A program made the translations under genes and the position numbers. A stretch of 64,000 nucleotides of DNA from positions 50,716 to 114,715 of the IMG/VR virus record IMGVR_UViG_3300028569_002801. One strand, given 5' to 3'. Source of the DNA: a virus. Below the pieces are notes generated by a model. The model made no database searches, was not told the origin of the DNA, and was given only the letters and a program-made list of their open reading frames with translations. Shown piece after piece: positions 47,866 through 57,555 of this stretch (position 1 is the stretch's first letter; every line of letters starts with the position of its first letter).

Positions 47866-50800
47866 TTATACGTCATCAAAAGATGCTCCAGTCGGTGTGA
47901 TAACAAACTCGATGTCTATATATTCTAACGCTCTTGTTGGTTTCAAGTAGATTTTACCTGTTAAAGTATTTGAATCTAAATCTTCAGGTGTGTTTGAAAC
48001 CGCCACACGGAAATCAATTAAACCTCTATCTCTTCTGATACTATCCAATATTGGGTTAACAGAATCTAAAAAGTCTTGTCGTACTTTTTGATCGTTTTGT
48101 TCAAACAATAACCTAATTGCTACAGCTGAAATCAATTTACGTGCTTGTAATAACAATCTTCTAACGTTGATTCTATCAAGTGCAGATTCTTTAATTTGCA
48201 TTGTTTTGTTACCCCAAATTACCGTACCTACATCGGAGAAAGTAGCGATTGGGTTAATTCTACCTTTATAAAGTGTATCTCTATCGTCTTGTGTTAATTT
48301 ACGTCTCGCTCTAATTGCGTTAACTAAACCTCTTGTGTACCCCGCAGATGCGAACCAAGGGAACGCAATGTTATCGGTTAATGCTAAATTCTTAACCACT
48401 TCAGAAGTTGGTGGAATATAGATTTGTGTATTGTTAACTGCATCTCTTGTTAAAATCCAAGGGTAGTATGATGCTGTATAGTTAGAATCAATACCTGTTG
48501 CTTCTAAGTTATCAACTACTTGTTGTGGATAAATAAGTCCCTCTTCAATATCGTTGTATGATGGTAAGTATAAATTAAAATCAGGGGTAGTACAAATATA
48601 AATTGAATCCGCTCTATCCGTTTCAATCATATCAATAGCCTCCTCAACTAAATTTGAGTTGTTCACATAGTCAATTCCTGGTGTAGTAAATATGTTAATA
48701 TTTGTCGCTTCAGGATTTGCAAATGTGTTTTGTCCCCATTTATATGCGTAATAGTCAGTATTAGCCCAATTTTCTTGGTTAGGTCCTGATATTGCTTTGA
48801 ATGCTCCCCACCCTGTTGCGGTTGGGTATGTAATACTTGGTTCAGCACCATATTTAAAACCTGATTGTCCTAATGCATATGTGTCTTCATTTGTTCTATA
48901 TTCTCTATATATGTCCCATCCGTCAAAACCTCCGTAAGCCATTAAAGTAAACTTACGAGTGTTTAATCTATAATAAGGACTAGAAGTATCTGTTGGTTCA
49001 GAATTAAATGATCCGACGCCAACCTCAAACGCTGATTGTCCTGATGTTGCGTAACCATTAGCAATCGTTACTACAGTTGCCCCACTATCCATGTGGAATC
49101 CTTTAGTAATATATCCCCATTCCATACCTGTAGTGTCGGTACCTAAATTAGGAGGTAATTGTTTACCCTTATATTCAAAGAAATCATAATCAATTCCTGA
49201 TATGTTTGATATGCCTAAATATGCCTTTCTTGGGTTTTCACCACTTGATATTACGGGATTGTCTCCACCATTAGAAGAACCAAAAGGAGGGTTATAAACA
49301 ACATCACCAGGTTTGAAATATTTAGTCTTATAAACTAAGTATGGAGGAGTTGCGTTGGCGTACTCTCTACTGATATACCCCTCAAATCCACAAGGAAGAG
49401 CATCTATTGGTGATTCCTCACTCATTTCTAACATTATATATTTAGAATTAACTTTGTATTCTCCGTTTGATGTCCCTATTTTATTAGCCACGTAATTGTT
49501 ATTAGACGGATCCAAAGAACAATTAGTGAAACTTTCAATAACTCTTGGGTTTTGATCAGTATCATAAAAATCTCTTATGAATACATCAAAGGTACTTGAG
49601 TTAAAGGATATGTTACCTATCGACATCTTTACAAGTCTGTTTGCTGCGTTTCCATCGGAAATTAAAACAAATTTAAATAACTTGTAAACTTTATTACCTC
49701 TAAGTTCTGAAACCAAAAACGGAGTTGCTGGTGTTTGATATTGTTCTAAATAGAATCCTATTGAATCGTTATTTAACGATCTTGCTCCTGGTAAATCTAT
49801 CAAATCACAATATAATCCTCTAATCTTTCCTGATCTATAACCTGTAGTTAAAAGACTTGTATATGTTTCTTCAACAAATAAAGGAACCTGAGTTCTATCT
49901 TTACCAAAGTTATTTCTTCCAAATACTTTAGAAATGAAGTTTTTATCTGAGGACAACATTGACGTTTGGAATTCAAACACATCACCGTCGGACGATACTC
50001 CTGAAATTGAGAATGGTAAATAAGGGTTTTTAGTCACCGCAGAATACGAACCTGTACAAATCATTTGTACGTCGGTAACTCCTGTTACTTCATAAGATGG
50101 TCCTGACTGAGTTGAGTTATAATTAGAAATACCTCTTGATCTTAATGTCGCAACGACTAAATCATCGTAATCTAAGAATGGTGTACCTGAATAATTAGTA
50201 TTATAGAAAACACAAGAACCTGAGAAGTTACCACTTGAACCTGTTAAAGTACTTAGTGCAGCCCCAAAACCTTGTCCATAATATGAACTAATATCAGTAA
50301 TTGGGTTTTGTGAATAATTAAATAATGCATAGTACCAAGCATCATTAGTTGTTGCCGATAAATTAGCTAAAGATAAATTTACATTATTTACACCAAAAGA
50401 CTCTGTGTATGCTGTAATTGTACCAGTACCATTTAATGTTGTACCTGTAACTAAATTGAATGTACCTCCACTTACGGTACCCCAAAATAGTGCGGTAGAT
50501 CCTGTGGATGGTGAAGCATTTGCAAATGCATTAACTTGACTTGATATGAATACTCTTAAATCAGAATCAATAGTAGATGTCCCCCCATTAAATTCTGTAT
50601 ATGTATTGTAAAAATTATTATTAACATTGATTGTACTTGGTACAGTCATGTTGTAAGTAATATTAGCACTTGTACCCGTAGTTCCTGTAAATGTTAAAAT
50701 AGTTGAAGAAACTCCCGTTGCCGCAACTGTGGAAGGGTTAACGTTACCTATTGTTGTGATTGACCAAGATGGTCCTGCGTCGTATCCTGATAATCCTAAT

Positions 50801-51087
50801 ACTCTTGTTACAAAAAGTTGATTTGATTGTTGTAGGTATGCCTTAGTAATATATGCTAATTCATATTTAGGTATTTGTGTGTTAACGAATTTTTCAGGAC
50901 TTGTGCCACCAAAATATACTTGAAACTCGTCAAAGTTTGTGATAAATATTGGTTCAAAAGCGGGACCCTGAAGAGTTTCACCAACTACACCTAAAGTTGT
51001 TACACCTACACTTTGTGCAACAAAAGTTAAATCTCTTTCTGAAGTGTAGACTCCAGGTGAAACGAAAACTTTGTTTGATGATGCCAT
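47866..51087 (-). CDS. contractile tail sheath protein (T4 gp18-like) with insertions
   Basis: VSPGVYTSERD, PWFASAGYTRG, RDTLYKGRINPI, WGNKT, LDRINVRRLL, KPTRALEYI. Confidence 0.95.
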   Translation of the reverse strand: MASSNKVFVSPGVYTSERDLTFVAQSVGVTTLGVVGETLQGPAFEPIFITNFDEFQVYFGGTSPEKFVNTQIPKYELAYITKAYLQQSNQLFVTRVLGLSGYDAGPSWSITTIGNVNPSTVAATGVSSTILTFTGTTGTSANITYNMTVPSTINVNNNFYNTYTEFNGGTSTIDSDLRVFISSQVNAFANASPSTGSTALFWGTVSGGTFNLVTGTTLNGTGTITAYTESFGVNNVNLSLANLSATTNDAWYYALFNYSQNPITDISSYYGQGFGAALSTLTGSSGNFSGSCVFYNTNYSGTPFLDYDDLVVATLRSRGISNYNSTQSGPSYEVTGVTDVQMICTGSYSAVTKNPYLPFSISGVSSDGDVFEFQTSMLSSDKNFISKVFGRNNFGKDRTQVPLFVEETYTSLLTTGYRSGKIRGLYCDLIDLPGARSLNNDSIGFYLEQYQTPATPFLVSELRGNKVYKLFKFVLISDGNAANRLVKMSIGNISFNSSTFDVFIRDFYDTDQNPRVIESFTNCSLDPSNNNYVANKIGTSNGEYKVNSKYIMLEMSEESPIDALPCGFEGYISREYANATPPYLVYKTKYFKPGDVVYNPPFGSSNGGDNPVISSGENPRKAYLGISNISGIDYDFFEYKGKQLPPNLGTDTTGMEWGYITKGFHMDSGATVVTIANGYATSGQSAFEVGVGSFNSEPTDTSSPYYRLNTRKFTLMAYGGFDGWDIYREYRTNEDTYALGQSGFKYGAEPSITYPTATGWGAFKAISGPNQENWANTDYYAYKWGQNTFANPEATNINIFTTPGIDYVNNSNLVEEAIDMIETDRADSIYICTTPDFNLYLPSYNDIEEGLIYPQQVVDNLEATGIDSNYTASYYPWILTRDAVNNTQIYIPPTSEVVKNLALTDNIAFPWFASAGYTRGLVNAIRARRKLTQDDRDTLYKGRINPIATFSDVGTVIWGNKTMQIKESALDRINVRRLLLQARKLISAVAIRLLFEQNDQKVRQDFLDSVNPILDSIRRDRGLIDFRVAVSNTPEDLDSNTLTGKIYLKPTRALEYIDIEFVITPTGASFDDV

Positions 51088-51225
51088 TTTTTTCTGTTTT
51101 ATTAAGCGTTTTATTTTTTTATATAAATACCCTGAAAAAAACCAAAAAACTTTACATTTAAATAATATTTATTATATGGTGAGAAAAAATTCTGCCTTTT
51201 TTCTACCCACACTTAAAAGAAAAAT

Positions 51226-51375
51226 ATGAAAAAGATAAAAAACATAAAAATATCAATTGAGGCTCACCAAATCCTAAAAAACTATTGTGATGATAATGAT
51301 TTAAAAATGTATAAGTTTTTAGAATCATTAATTAAAAAGAATTGTGAGAAAAAAAAAGATATATACGGGGAGTGA
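51226..51375 (+). CDS. 49-aa ribbon-helix-helix-like DNA-binding protein (not in ORF track)
   Basis: MKKIKNIKISIEAHQILKNYCDDNDLKMYKFLESLIKKNCEKKKDIYGE*: alternating beta-strand then two helices. Confidence 0.65.
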   Translation: MKKIKNIKISIEAHQILKNYCDDNDLKMYKFLESLIKKNCEKKKDIYGE

Positions 51376-52605
51376 TTAGACTAAGTATGCTGTCGTACTT
51401 ATCTTCGCCGCCTTCGTAATGTCATCTTTGTATGAGATTATTAATAAAGTATCCCCGTCATTAATTTGAATTAAATCTAAATTATCACCAACGTAATTAT
51501 TATTAATATAAACAGAATACGCACTTGCGCAATACGATCCATTATTGTATGTCACCCCTGTTGGGTTAGTAAACGACGGTATTGTCCCTCCTTTAACACA
51601 AATAGTATTTGTGTTTCCCGTAGTTAATGATAATGTTACTGAGTTACCCGAACAGTTAGTGTATGTTAAATTTGTATTCGTTATCGCACTGTATGTTACG
51701 TTATAACAGTTAATTAAATTTTCTTGATTTGTAACTTTCAAATCAACACTATACCTAAACACCTCACTTAATTGTGTCACACCACTTAAAAAATTAATAT
51801 CTAAATCAAAAAAATTAGGTTTAGGCGGTTCAATCGTTACTCTTCTACTTTTAACTTTTGTGTCAACCTCAAACATAGTTACTTGTCTTGTAATTGCTGG
51901 AGAAATTTGAAACTCCTCCTCGTCAATTAAAAGTCCCTTCATTGTGAACTTATAATTTGCAATATAGTATTTTCTTTTTTCTAAATCTTTTGCTGATTCA
52001 TCGGAAACATCATCCAACACAATTGGAATGTAGTGTCCCTTTATTTGTTGGTATGCCTGTTTAGACGTAAATGTTTGCATTACAATTTTATTAAACTCAT
52101 TGAGTTCTCTCATTCTATTACAGAATATTTTTACATTATAAGTAATATCTACAGGTATTGGTTGTGGTATTTTATAAACGTCAGCCCCTTTTCTTTGTCC
52201 GTCCCAAGTAGGTACCGTGTAATAAAAAAATTGTCGTCTATTTGGTATGTTTGCTGCACCTCCTTGAAATGTTCCATATTTTACTTCCGGCATCCTAACC
52301 GTAGCAATAAATGGTAATGAAACGTTATTATCTAAATCTTGAAAATTCCAAGTTTCGGTAAACTGAGACCAATTTTGGTTTGTTATTATTTTATTAATTG
52401 TTGGTACTTTTTTTTCACTTACAACTAATTGTAATCTGTCCTTAACAAAATCTAACATTCCTAAATCTAAATCTGCGTGTAGAACCCCTTTAGGTAAAAA
52501 AGTACCGTCATCGGTTATGTCGTCTAACATTTCTTGTCTTCTTTCCCTACCGACTTTTTCAGGTATTAAAGGTAAATGTTTTTTTATTTTTTTAGGTAAT
52601 GCCAT
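51376..52605 (-). CDS. tail terminator/completion protein (T4 gp15-like) with Cys-rich C-terminal extension
   Basis: PQPIPVDITYNVKIF...MRELNEF motif; located between the neck and sheath genes. Confidence 0.65.
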   Translation of the reverse strand: MALPKKIKKHLPLIPEKVGRERRQEMLDDITDDGTFLPKGVLHADLDLGMLDFVKDRLQLVVSEKKVPTINKIITNQNWSQFTETWNFQDLDNNVSLPFIATVRMPEVKYGTFQGGAANIPNRRQFFYYTVPTWDGQRKGADVYKIPQPIPVDITYNVKIFCNRMRELNEFNKIVMQTFTSKQAYQQIKGHYIPIVLDDVSDESAKDLEKRKYYIANYKFTMKGLLIDEEEFQISPAITRQVTMFEVDTKVKSRRVTIEPPKPNFFDLDINFLSGVTQLSEVFRYSVDLKVTNQENLINCYNVTYSAITNTNLTYTNCSGNSVTLSLTTGNTNTICVKGGTIPSFTNPTGVTYNNGSYCASAYSVYINNNYVGDNLDLIQINDGDTLLIISYKDDITKAAKISTTAYLV

Positions 52606-52607
52606 TA

Positions 52608-53123
52608 TTATAATCCATTAAATTCGTTATTATTTACAGGTGCCCCAATTATTGATCGATAAAATGGTTTATACCCTCCATAGGTATGTTTATTATCCGA
52701 AACAACACGACCATCGTTAACTACGGAATAATATCTGACTTTTGACTCCGTTTCGTAGTAACCAATATAATCACCATAAGCAATTTCTATTTCTAAGTTA
52801 TCTAATTCTTTTTGGTAAACACCTATCTTAATATTACCCGGTTCTGTTTGTGATAGTTTAGAAGAACCATAATCTGCATTTGTAGGAGTCTCAATTTGAA
52901 CATAACCCCTAAACTCAACAGGAGGTAAGTATTGTATTGAATCTTCTAACGCCTCACCATAAACATCGTCGTTATTGGTCCTTTGTCTATCAACTCTATA
53001 AAGAACTAATGTAAAATTCATATCCCCAACAAGCCACTCTTCACCCATTGATATGTCTAAGTCAAAATCTTGTTCAGAAAAAAACTTATTTAATCTAGTA
53101 ATTGGAACTTTATTATCACTCAT
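52608..53123 (-). CDS. head closure/neck protein (T4 gp14-like)
   Basis: LYRVD...DDVYGEA...GDYI pattern and gene context. Confidence 0.55.
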   Translation of the reverse strand: MSDNKVPITRLNKFFSEQDFDLDISMGEEWLVGDMNFTLVLYRVDRQRTNNDDVYGEALEDSIQYLPPVEFRGYVQIETPTNADYGSSKLSQTEPGNIKIGVYQKELDNLEIEIAYGDYIGYYETESKVRYYSVVNDGRVVSDNKHTYGGYKPFYRSIIGAPVNNNEFNGL

Positions 53124-53183
53124 ATATTATAAATACTTTAATTGATTTTTTATAATTATTTTGTTATTTTTATTTATAACGAT

Positions 53184-54950
53184 ATGGAAGACGTAATTTT
53201 AAAAACTCCTGAATCAAGAGCTCAATATTTATTAGATAATTATGTTGGGTCAAATAACTATATACTTAATTTAAAACATAAAAAAGAAAATAGTAAGTCT
53301 TTTACCTTAACAAGGGCTCAGTCCGAATACATTATAAACTTTCACGGAAGAACACCAAAAGTTGCTAAAAAATGGGTTAAACTTGATTCGTATTTTGGTA
53401 AAAAAATGATGGAGGAGAAAATGTATACAAAAGAACCAACAGAGATATATGTTGAAAAACTTTTGGTTGAGAAGGATAAGTCGTACCATATATGGGGTAA
53501 AATATTTAGTGGTGATACAATACATGATTTTTGGATGCCAAAATCTGCAATCATAAAAGACAATGAAGTTAAAAATATTGTTGTCGATTACACGAAATAT
53601 GAACATAGAGTTCCTATGGAACACCAAAAAGACGCTATTCAAAAATTAGTCGGGAATAAAAAGTTTATTTTGGCGGATGATATGGGACTTGGAAAAACAA
53701 CGTCAACAATCATATCTGCATTAGAAACAGGTGCAAAAAAAATATTAATAGTTTGTCCAGCATCTTTAAAAATTAATTGGCAACGTGAAATTGAAAATTA
53801 CTCAGATAGAACCATATATATTGCCGAAGGAAAGAAATTTTCAAATGAACATGATTTTGTTATAATAAATTACGACATATTAAAAAACTTTCACGATCCA
53901 AAAAAACAAGACGAGTCAACAATTTTAAATACAAAGTTTGATTTAGTTATTATGGATGAGGCACATATGATATCAAACCCACAAGCACAAAGAACAAAAA
54001 TAGTTAATGATATTTGTGATAAGGTTGATAGAGTTTGGTTATTGACAGGAACCCCGATGACATCACGACCAATGAATTACTATAATCTTTTAAGTTTAGT
54101 TGAGAGTCCTGTAGCATCTAATTGGATGGCTTACGCTAGAAGGTACTGTAATGGGTTTCAGTTTAGTGTGGGGAAAAGAAAAGTATGGAATGTTACAGGA
54201 GCATCCAATTTAGATGAACTAAGAGAAAGAACACAATCACATATTCTTAGAAGATTAAAGGAAGAAGTTTTAGATTTACCTGATAAAATCATTACTCCCG
54301 TTTATTTAAGATTAAAATCTAAAGACTATGAAGAGCTCATGGGTGAATACTATAATTGGTACGACAATAATTCAGAAGAGTCATCCTCACTTACAATACA
54401 GTTTGGTAAATTAATGAAAGTTAGAAAAGTGATTGCTGAAGAGAAAGTTAAAAATACTATTGAGTTAGCAGAAAATATTATTGAACAAGGAAAAAAAGTT
54501 ATCATATTTACTAATTTTACTGATACGTTACGAACCATTTATGAACATTTTGGAAAACAGGCAGTTTATTTAGACGGGTCTTGTTCAAAACCTCATCGTC
54601 AAAAATCCGTTGACGACTTTCAAGAAAATGACAAAATTAAAGTGTTTGTTGGTAACTTAAAAGCTGCAGGGGTTGGTATTACTTTAACATCGGCGGAAGC
54701 GGTAATAATGAATGACTTATCGTTTGTCCCTGCTGAACATGCACAAGCAGAGGATCGTTCACACAGAATTGGACAAAAAAAATCAACTTCAGTTTACTAT
54801 CCTCTTTTTGAAAACACAATAGAAGGGGCAATTTACGATATCCTTAGTAGAAAGAAAAAAATCATATCAAAGGTTATGGGTGACGATATGTTATTAGACG
54901 ACGCATCTTCAATAGAAGAAATGTTAACTATAATTTCTAATGGTAGGTGA
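53184..54950 (+). CDS. SNF2-family (SMARCAL1/HARP-like) helicase
   Basis: LADDMGLGKT, VCPASLKINW, DEAH, LTGTP, GVGITLT, QAEDRSHRIGQ. Start likely MEDVILK after TATTTATA. Confidence 0.9.
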   Translation: MEDVILKTPESRAQYLLDNYVGSNNYILNLKHKKENSKSFTLTRAQSEYIINFHGRTPKVAKKWVKLDSYFGKKMMEEKMYTKEPTEIYVEKLLVEKDKSYHIWGKIFSGDTIHDFWMPKSAIIKDNEVKNIVVDYTKYEHRVPMEHQKDAIQKLVGNKKFILADDMGLGKTTSTIISALETGAKKILIVCPASLKINWQREIENYSDRTIYIAEGKKFSNEHDFVIINYDILKNFHDPKKQDESTILNTKFDLVIMDEAHMISNPQAQRTKIVNDICDKVDRVWLLTGTPMTSRPMNYYNLLSLVESPVASNWMAYARRYCNGFQFSVGKRKVWNVTGASNLDELRERTQSHILRRLKEEVLDLPDKIITPVYLRLKSKDYEELMGEYYNWYDNNSEESSSLTIQFGKLMKVRKVIAEEKVKNTIELAENIIEQGKKVIIFTNFTDTLRTIYEHFGKQAVYLDGSCSKPHRQKSVDDFQENDKIKVFVGNLKAAGVGITLTSAEAVIMNDLSFVPAEHAQAEDRSHRIGQKKSTSVYYPLFENTIEGAIYDILSRKKKIISKVMGDDMLLDDASSIEEMLTIISNGR

Positions 54951-54962
54951 TATTTATATATC

Positions 54963-56048
54963 ATGGATGTTGAAATTAAATATGACGGGTGTAACCCAAC
55001 TAAAGAAGAAAAAATACTAATTAATCGTTTTATTAATAATCTTAAGAAATCTCATCCTCTTAACGATGACGTAACCATTATTTTTCAAACGGAAAGATCA
55101 GAAAAAATGACAACGGGAGTTAGAACCAATAAACATAAATTAAAAATATTAGTTAAGGATAGACTTAATAGAGATATTTTAAGGACGGTTGCCCATGAGT
55201 GGGTTCACGAATATCAAAGGAACGTTTTAAAAAGAAAAAAACAAAAAGACGTTGGGAGTGAGAATGAGAACGAAGCCAATGCAAAATCCGGAGAAGAGGT
55301 AAAAAAGTTTGAAAAAACAAATAAAAAATTAGAAAAAACTATATATTCTAGATTTAGTGAGGAAATTTCTAAAATAGAAAACATTTTAAATGAAGAGATA
55401 CCAAGTAATCGTAAAATCATTTCAGAAATAAAAAAAATAAGTATAGAACAATTACCCTATGATTACGATTCTTTAGGTTCATTTATAGATGATGAAACTA
55501 TGAAAACCCACTATACTAAACACTATAAGGGGTATGTTGAGAAATTAAATCTTGAGTTAGAGAAAGTATCGGGTAAAGATATGGACATAGAAGAGATAAT
55601 AAAAAAAATATCAAGATTTAATAAAAAAGTTAAAAACAATGGGGGTGGTGCATTCAACCACGCATTATTTTGGAAAATGATGACACCTAAAAAAACAACA
55701 CTTAAAAATCCATTATTGTTTAAAATTGAAAAAACTTTTGAATCTGTAGAATTGTTTAAAGAAAAGTTTGAGGAAATTGCAAAAACCAGATTTGGTTCAG
55801 GTTGGGTGTGGTTAATATTAACTAAAAATAATACATTAAAAATCGTAACTACCCCAAATCAAGATAACCCATTAATGGACACTGAAAAAAATGGGGGTTA
55901 TCCGTTACTTGGTTTAGATATATGGGAGCACTCATATTATTTAAAATATAAAAACGAAAGAGATAAGTATATTCATAACTTTTGGAAAGTGGTGAATTGG
56001 GATTTTGTTTGTGATGTGTATGTATCCCAAACAAAAAAGAAGATATAA
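54963..56048 (+). CDS. sod: Fe/Mn superoxide dismutase fused to an N-terminal HEXXH zincin-like domain
   Basis: C-terminus: HYTKH, NGGGAFNHALFW, FGSGWVWL, TPNQDNP, DIWEHSYY. N-terminus: LRTVAHEWVHEYQ...ENEANA. Confidence 0.88.
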   Translation: MDVEIKYDGCNPTKEEKILINRFINNLKKSHPLNDDVTIIFQTERSEKMTTGVRTNKHKLKILVKDRLNRDILRTVAHEWVHEYQRNVLKRKKQKDVGSENENEANAKSGEEVKKFEKTNKKLEKTIYSRFSEEISKIENILNEEIPSNRKIISEIKKISIEQLPYDYDSLGSFIDDETMKTHYTKHYKGYVEKLNLELEKVSGKDMDIEEIIKKISRFNKKVKNNGGGAFNHALFWKMMTPKKTTLKNPLLFKIEKTFESVELFKEKFEEIAKTRFGSGWVWLILTKNNTLKIVTTPNQDNPLMDTEKNGGYPLLGLDIWEHSYYLKYKNERDKYIHNFWKVVNWDFVCDVYVSQTKKKI

Positions 56049-56093
56049 TAATCGTATTTTTAAATACAAAGATATTTATATAATAAAACATCT

Positions 56094-57215
56094 ATGGCAA
56101 CTACCGTAATTATTACAGAACCAGAAAGAAGTAGGATGTACAAAAGAATTAGAAATCTTTTGGGTGCCCCTTTACGTTCAGTGGAATTAGAGGACGAACA
56201 ACTTGATTCCCTTTTAGAACTTTCAATTGAAGACTACGAACAGGCGGTTCAAGATTGGTTAATAGAGTCCCAATGGGCATCTGTTGCTGGATTAAATGTT
56301 GAGGAACAATCAATAGCAAGAGCTCTTACAACAAAAGATATGAATTGGGAAACCCAATACACCTACGCATACTCAAAGATAGTTGGGCTGCAGGCTGGAG
56401 GAGAATGGGTTTTAAAAAAAGACTACATAGATTTAGTACCAAACCAACAAGTATATGAAATACCTGCTTGTCGAGAAGTTAATGAACTTTTATGGTTTAG
56501 TCGATCAGAATTAGATGCTGCATACTTCGATCCTTTTATGGGTGGTTTTGGTGGTATGGGTGGTGTTGGTTTAGGTGGTGGTGCGGGATTTTCACAAATG
56601 GGAAATTCGGGTAACTATTTTGTAACATCAGCATTTGATATTCTTTTAAGAATGTCTGACATAAATATTAAAAAAAGAATTATAACAGGAGATTTAACCT
56701 ACAGAATAACGGCATTACCTGAAGGTAAAAAGGCGTTACATCTTTATAACGTTCCTGGCGGTAAATTTGATTTTGGTACTATAAAGAATAAAGGATACAA
56801 AGTTTGGTATTGGTATTACGAAACTTGTGATAGAGAGGACTGTTTGGCTAATAATCCTGACGTTATACGATTACCGTCCGACGTTTCGGTTGAAAGATTA
56901 AGATGGGATAAATTAAATTATCCTGCACAAACTTGGGTTAGAAGATGGTTTACCGCATACTGTAAAGAAACATTAGCAAGAGTTCGTGGTAAATTTAGTG
57001 GTAACTTAAAAACCCCTGACTCAGAGCTAACCTTAGAATACCAAAGTTTACAAACTGAAGCCAAAGACGAAAAGACAATGTTACAAGAAGAATTAAAAAC
57101 TAGACTTGAAAGGATGCGTCCTGAAAAACTTATGGAGGCAAAGGCCCTTCAGGCGGAAAATCTTAATAAGTTATTAAAATTTAGAGCATTCACAAGTCCT
57201 TATAACGTAATATAA
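56094..57215 (+). CDS. neck / head-tail adaptor protein (T4 gp13-like)
   Basis: LLGAPLRSVELEDEQLD...WVRRWFTAYCKETLARVRGKF...L pattern. Confidence 0.7.
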   Translation: MATTVIITEPERSRMYKRIRNLLGAPLRSVELEDEQLDSLLELSIEDYEQAVQDWLIESQWASVAGLNVEEQSIARALTTKDMNWETQYTYAYSKIVGLQAGGEWVLKKDYIDLVPNQQVYEIPACREVNELLWFSRSELDAAYFDPFMGGFGGMGGVGLGGGAGFSQMGNSGNYFVTSAFDILLRMSDINIKKRIITGDLTYRITALPEGKKALHLYNVPGGKFDFGTIKNKGYKVWYWYYETCDREDCLANNPDVIRLPSDVSVERLRWDKLNYPAQTWVRRWFTAYCKETLARVRGKFSGNLKTPDSELTLEYQSLQTEAKDEKTMLQEELKTRLERMRPEKLMEAKALQAENLNKLLKFRAFTSPYNVI

Positions 57216-57219
57216 TTTT

Positions 57220-57552
57220 ATGGCAATATTTAGATCACAACCATCAAAAAGAATAATAAACGGAAACGAAATTGTAACATCAGATTCTTCTGTTGTTACA
57301 AATAAAAGTTACAAAACCGATGGTGAGTATGTTATAGTCATAAAAGATGTTGATTTTTGTGAACTAACATTAGACGAAAACACTACAGATCACGTAGTAG
57401 TAAAATCATTAACACATGTTTTAGTTAAAACGGATAAACTAATAGATGGTGAATATAATGAAGTTGAACTCGACAAAGGTTCTTGTGTCGAGTTCAAATA
57501 TATTGGGGGTGATTGGTATATTCTTTCTTCAGATGGTTTAAAAAACTCTTAG
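57220..57552 (+). CDS. hypothetical beta-rich protein (collar/whisker-like?)
   Basis: 110 aa directly after the neck gene; ends ...VEFKYIGGDWYILS. Confidence 0.55.
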   Translation: MAIFRSQPSKRIINGNEIVTSDSSVVTNKSYKTDGEYVIVIKDVDFCELTLDENTTDHVVVKSLTHVLVKTDKLIDGEYNEVELDKGSCVEFKYIGGDWYILSSDGLKNS

Positions 57553-57555
57553 TTA

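Noticed and set aside
19297-52605. Bacterial extracellular contractile injection system (eCIS/T6SS) locus
   Set aside because: Neck proteins and phage-type replication genes (gp32, gp41, UvsX, PolB) are interleaved, and no host housekeeping genes are present.
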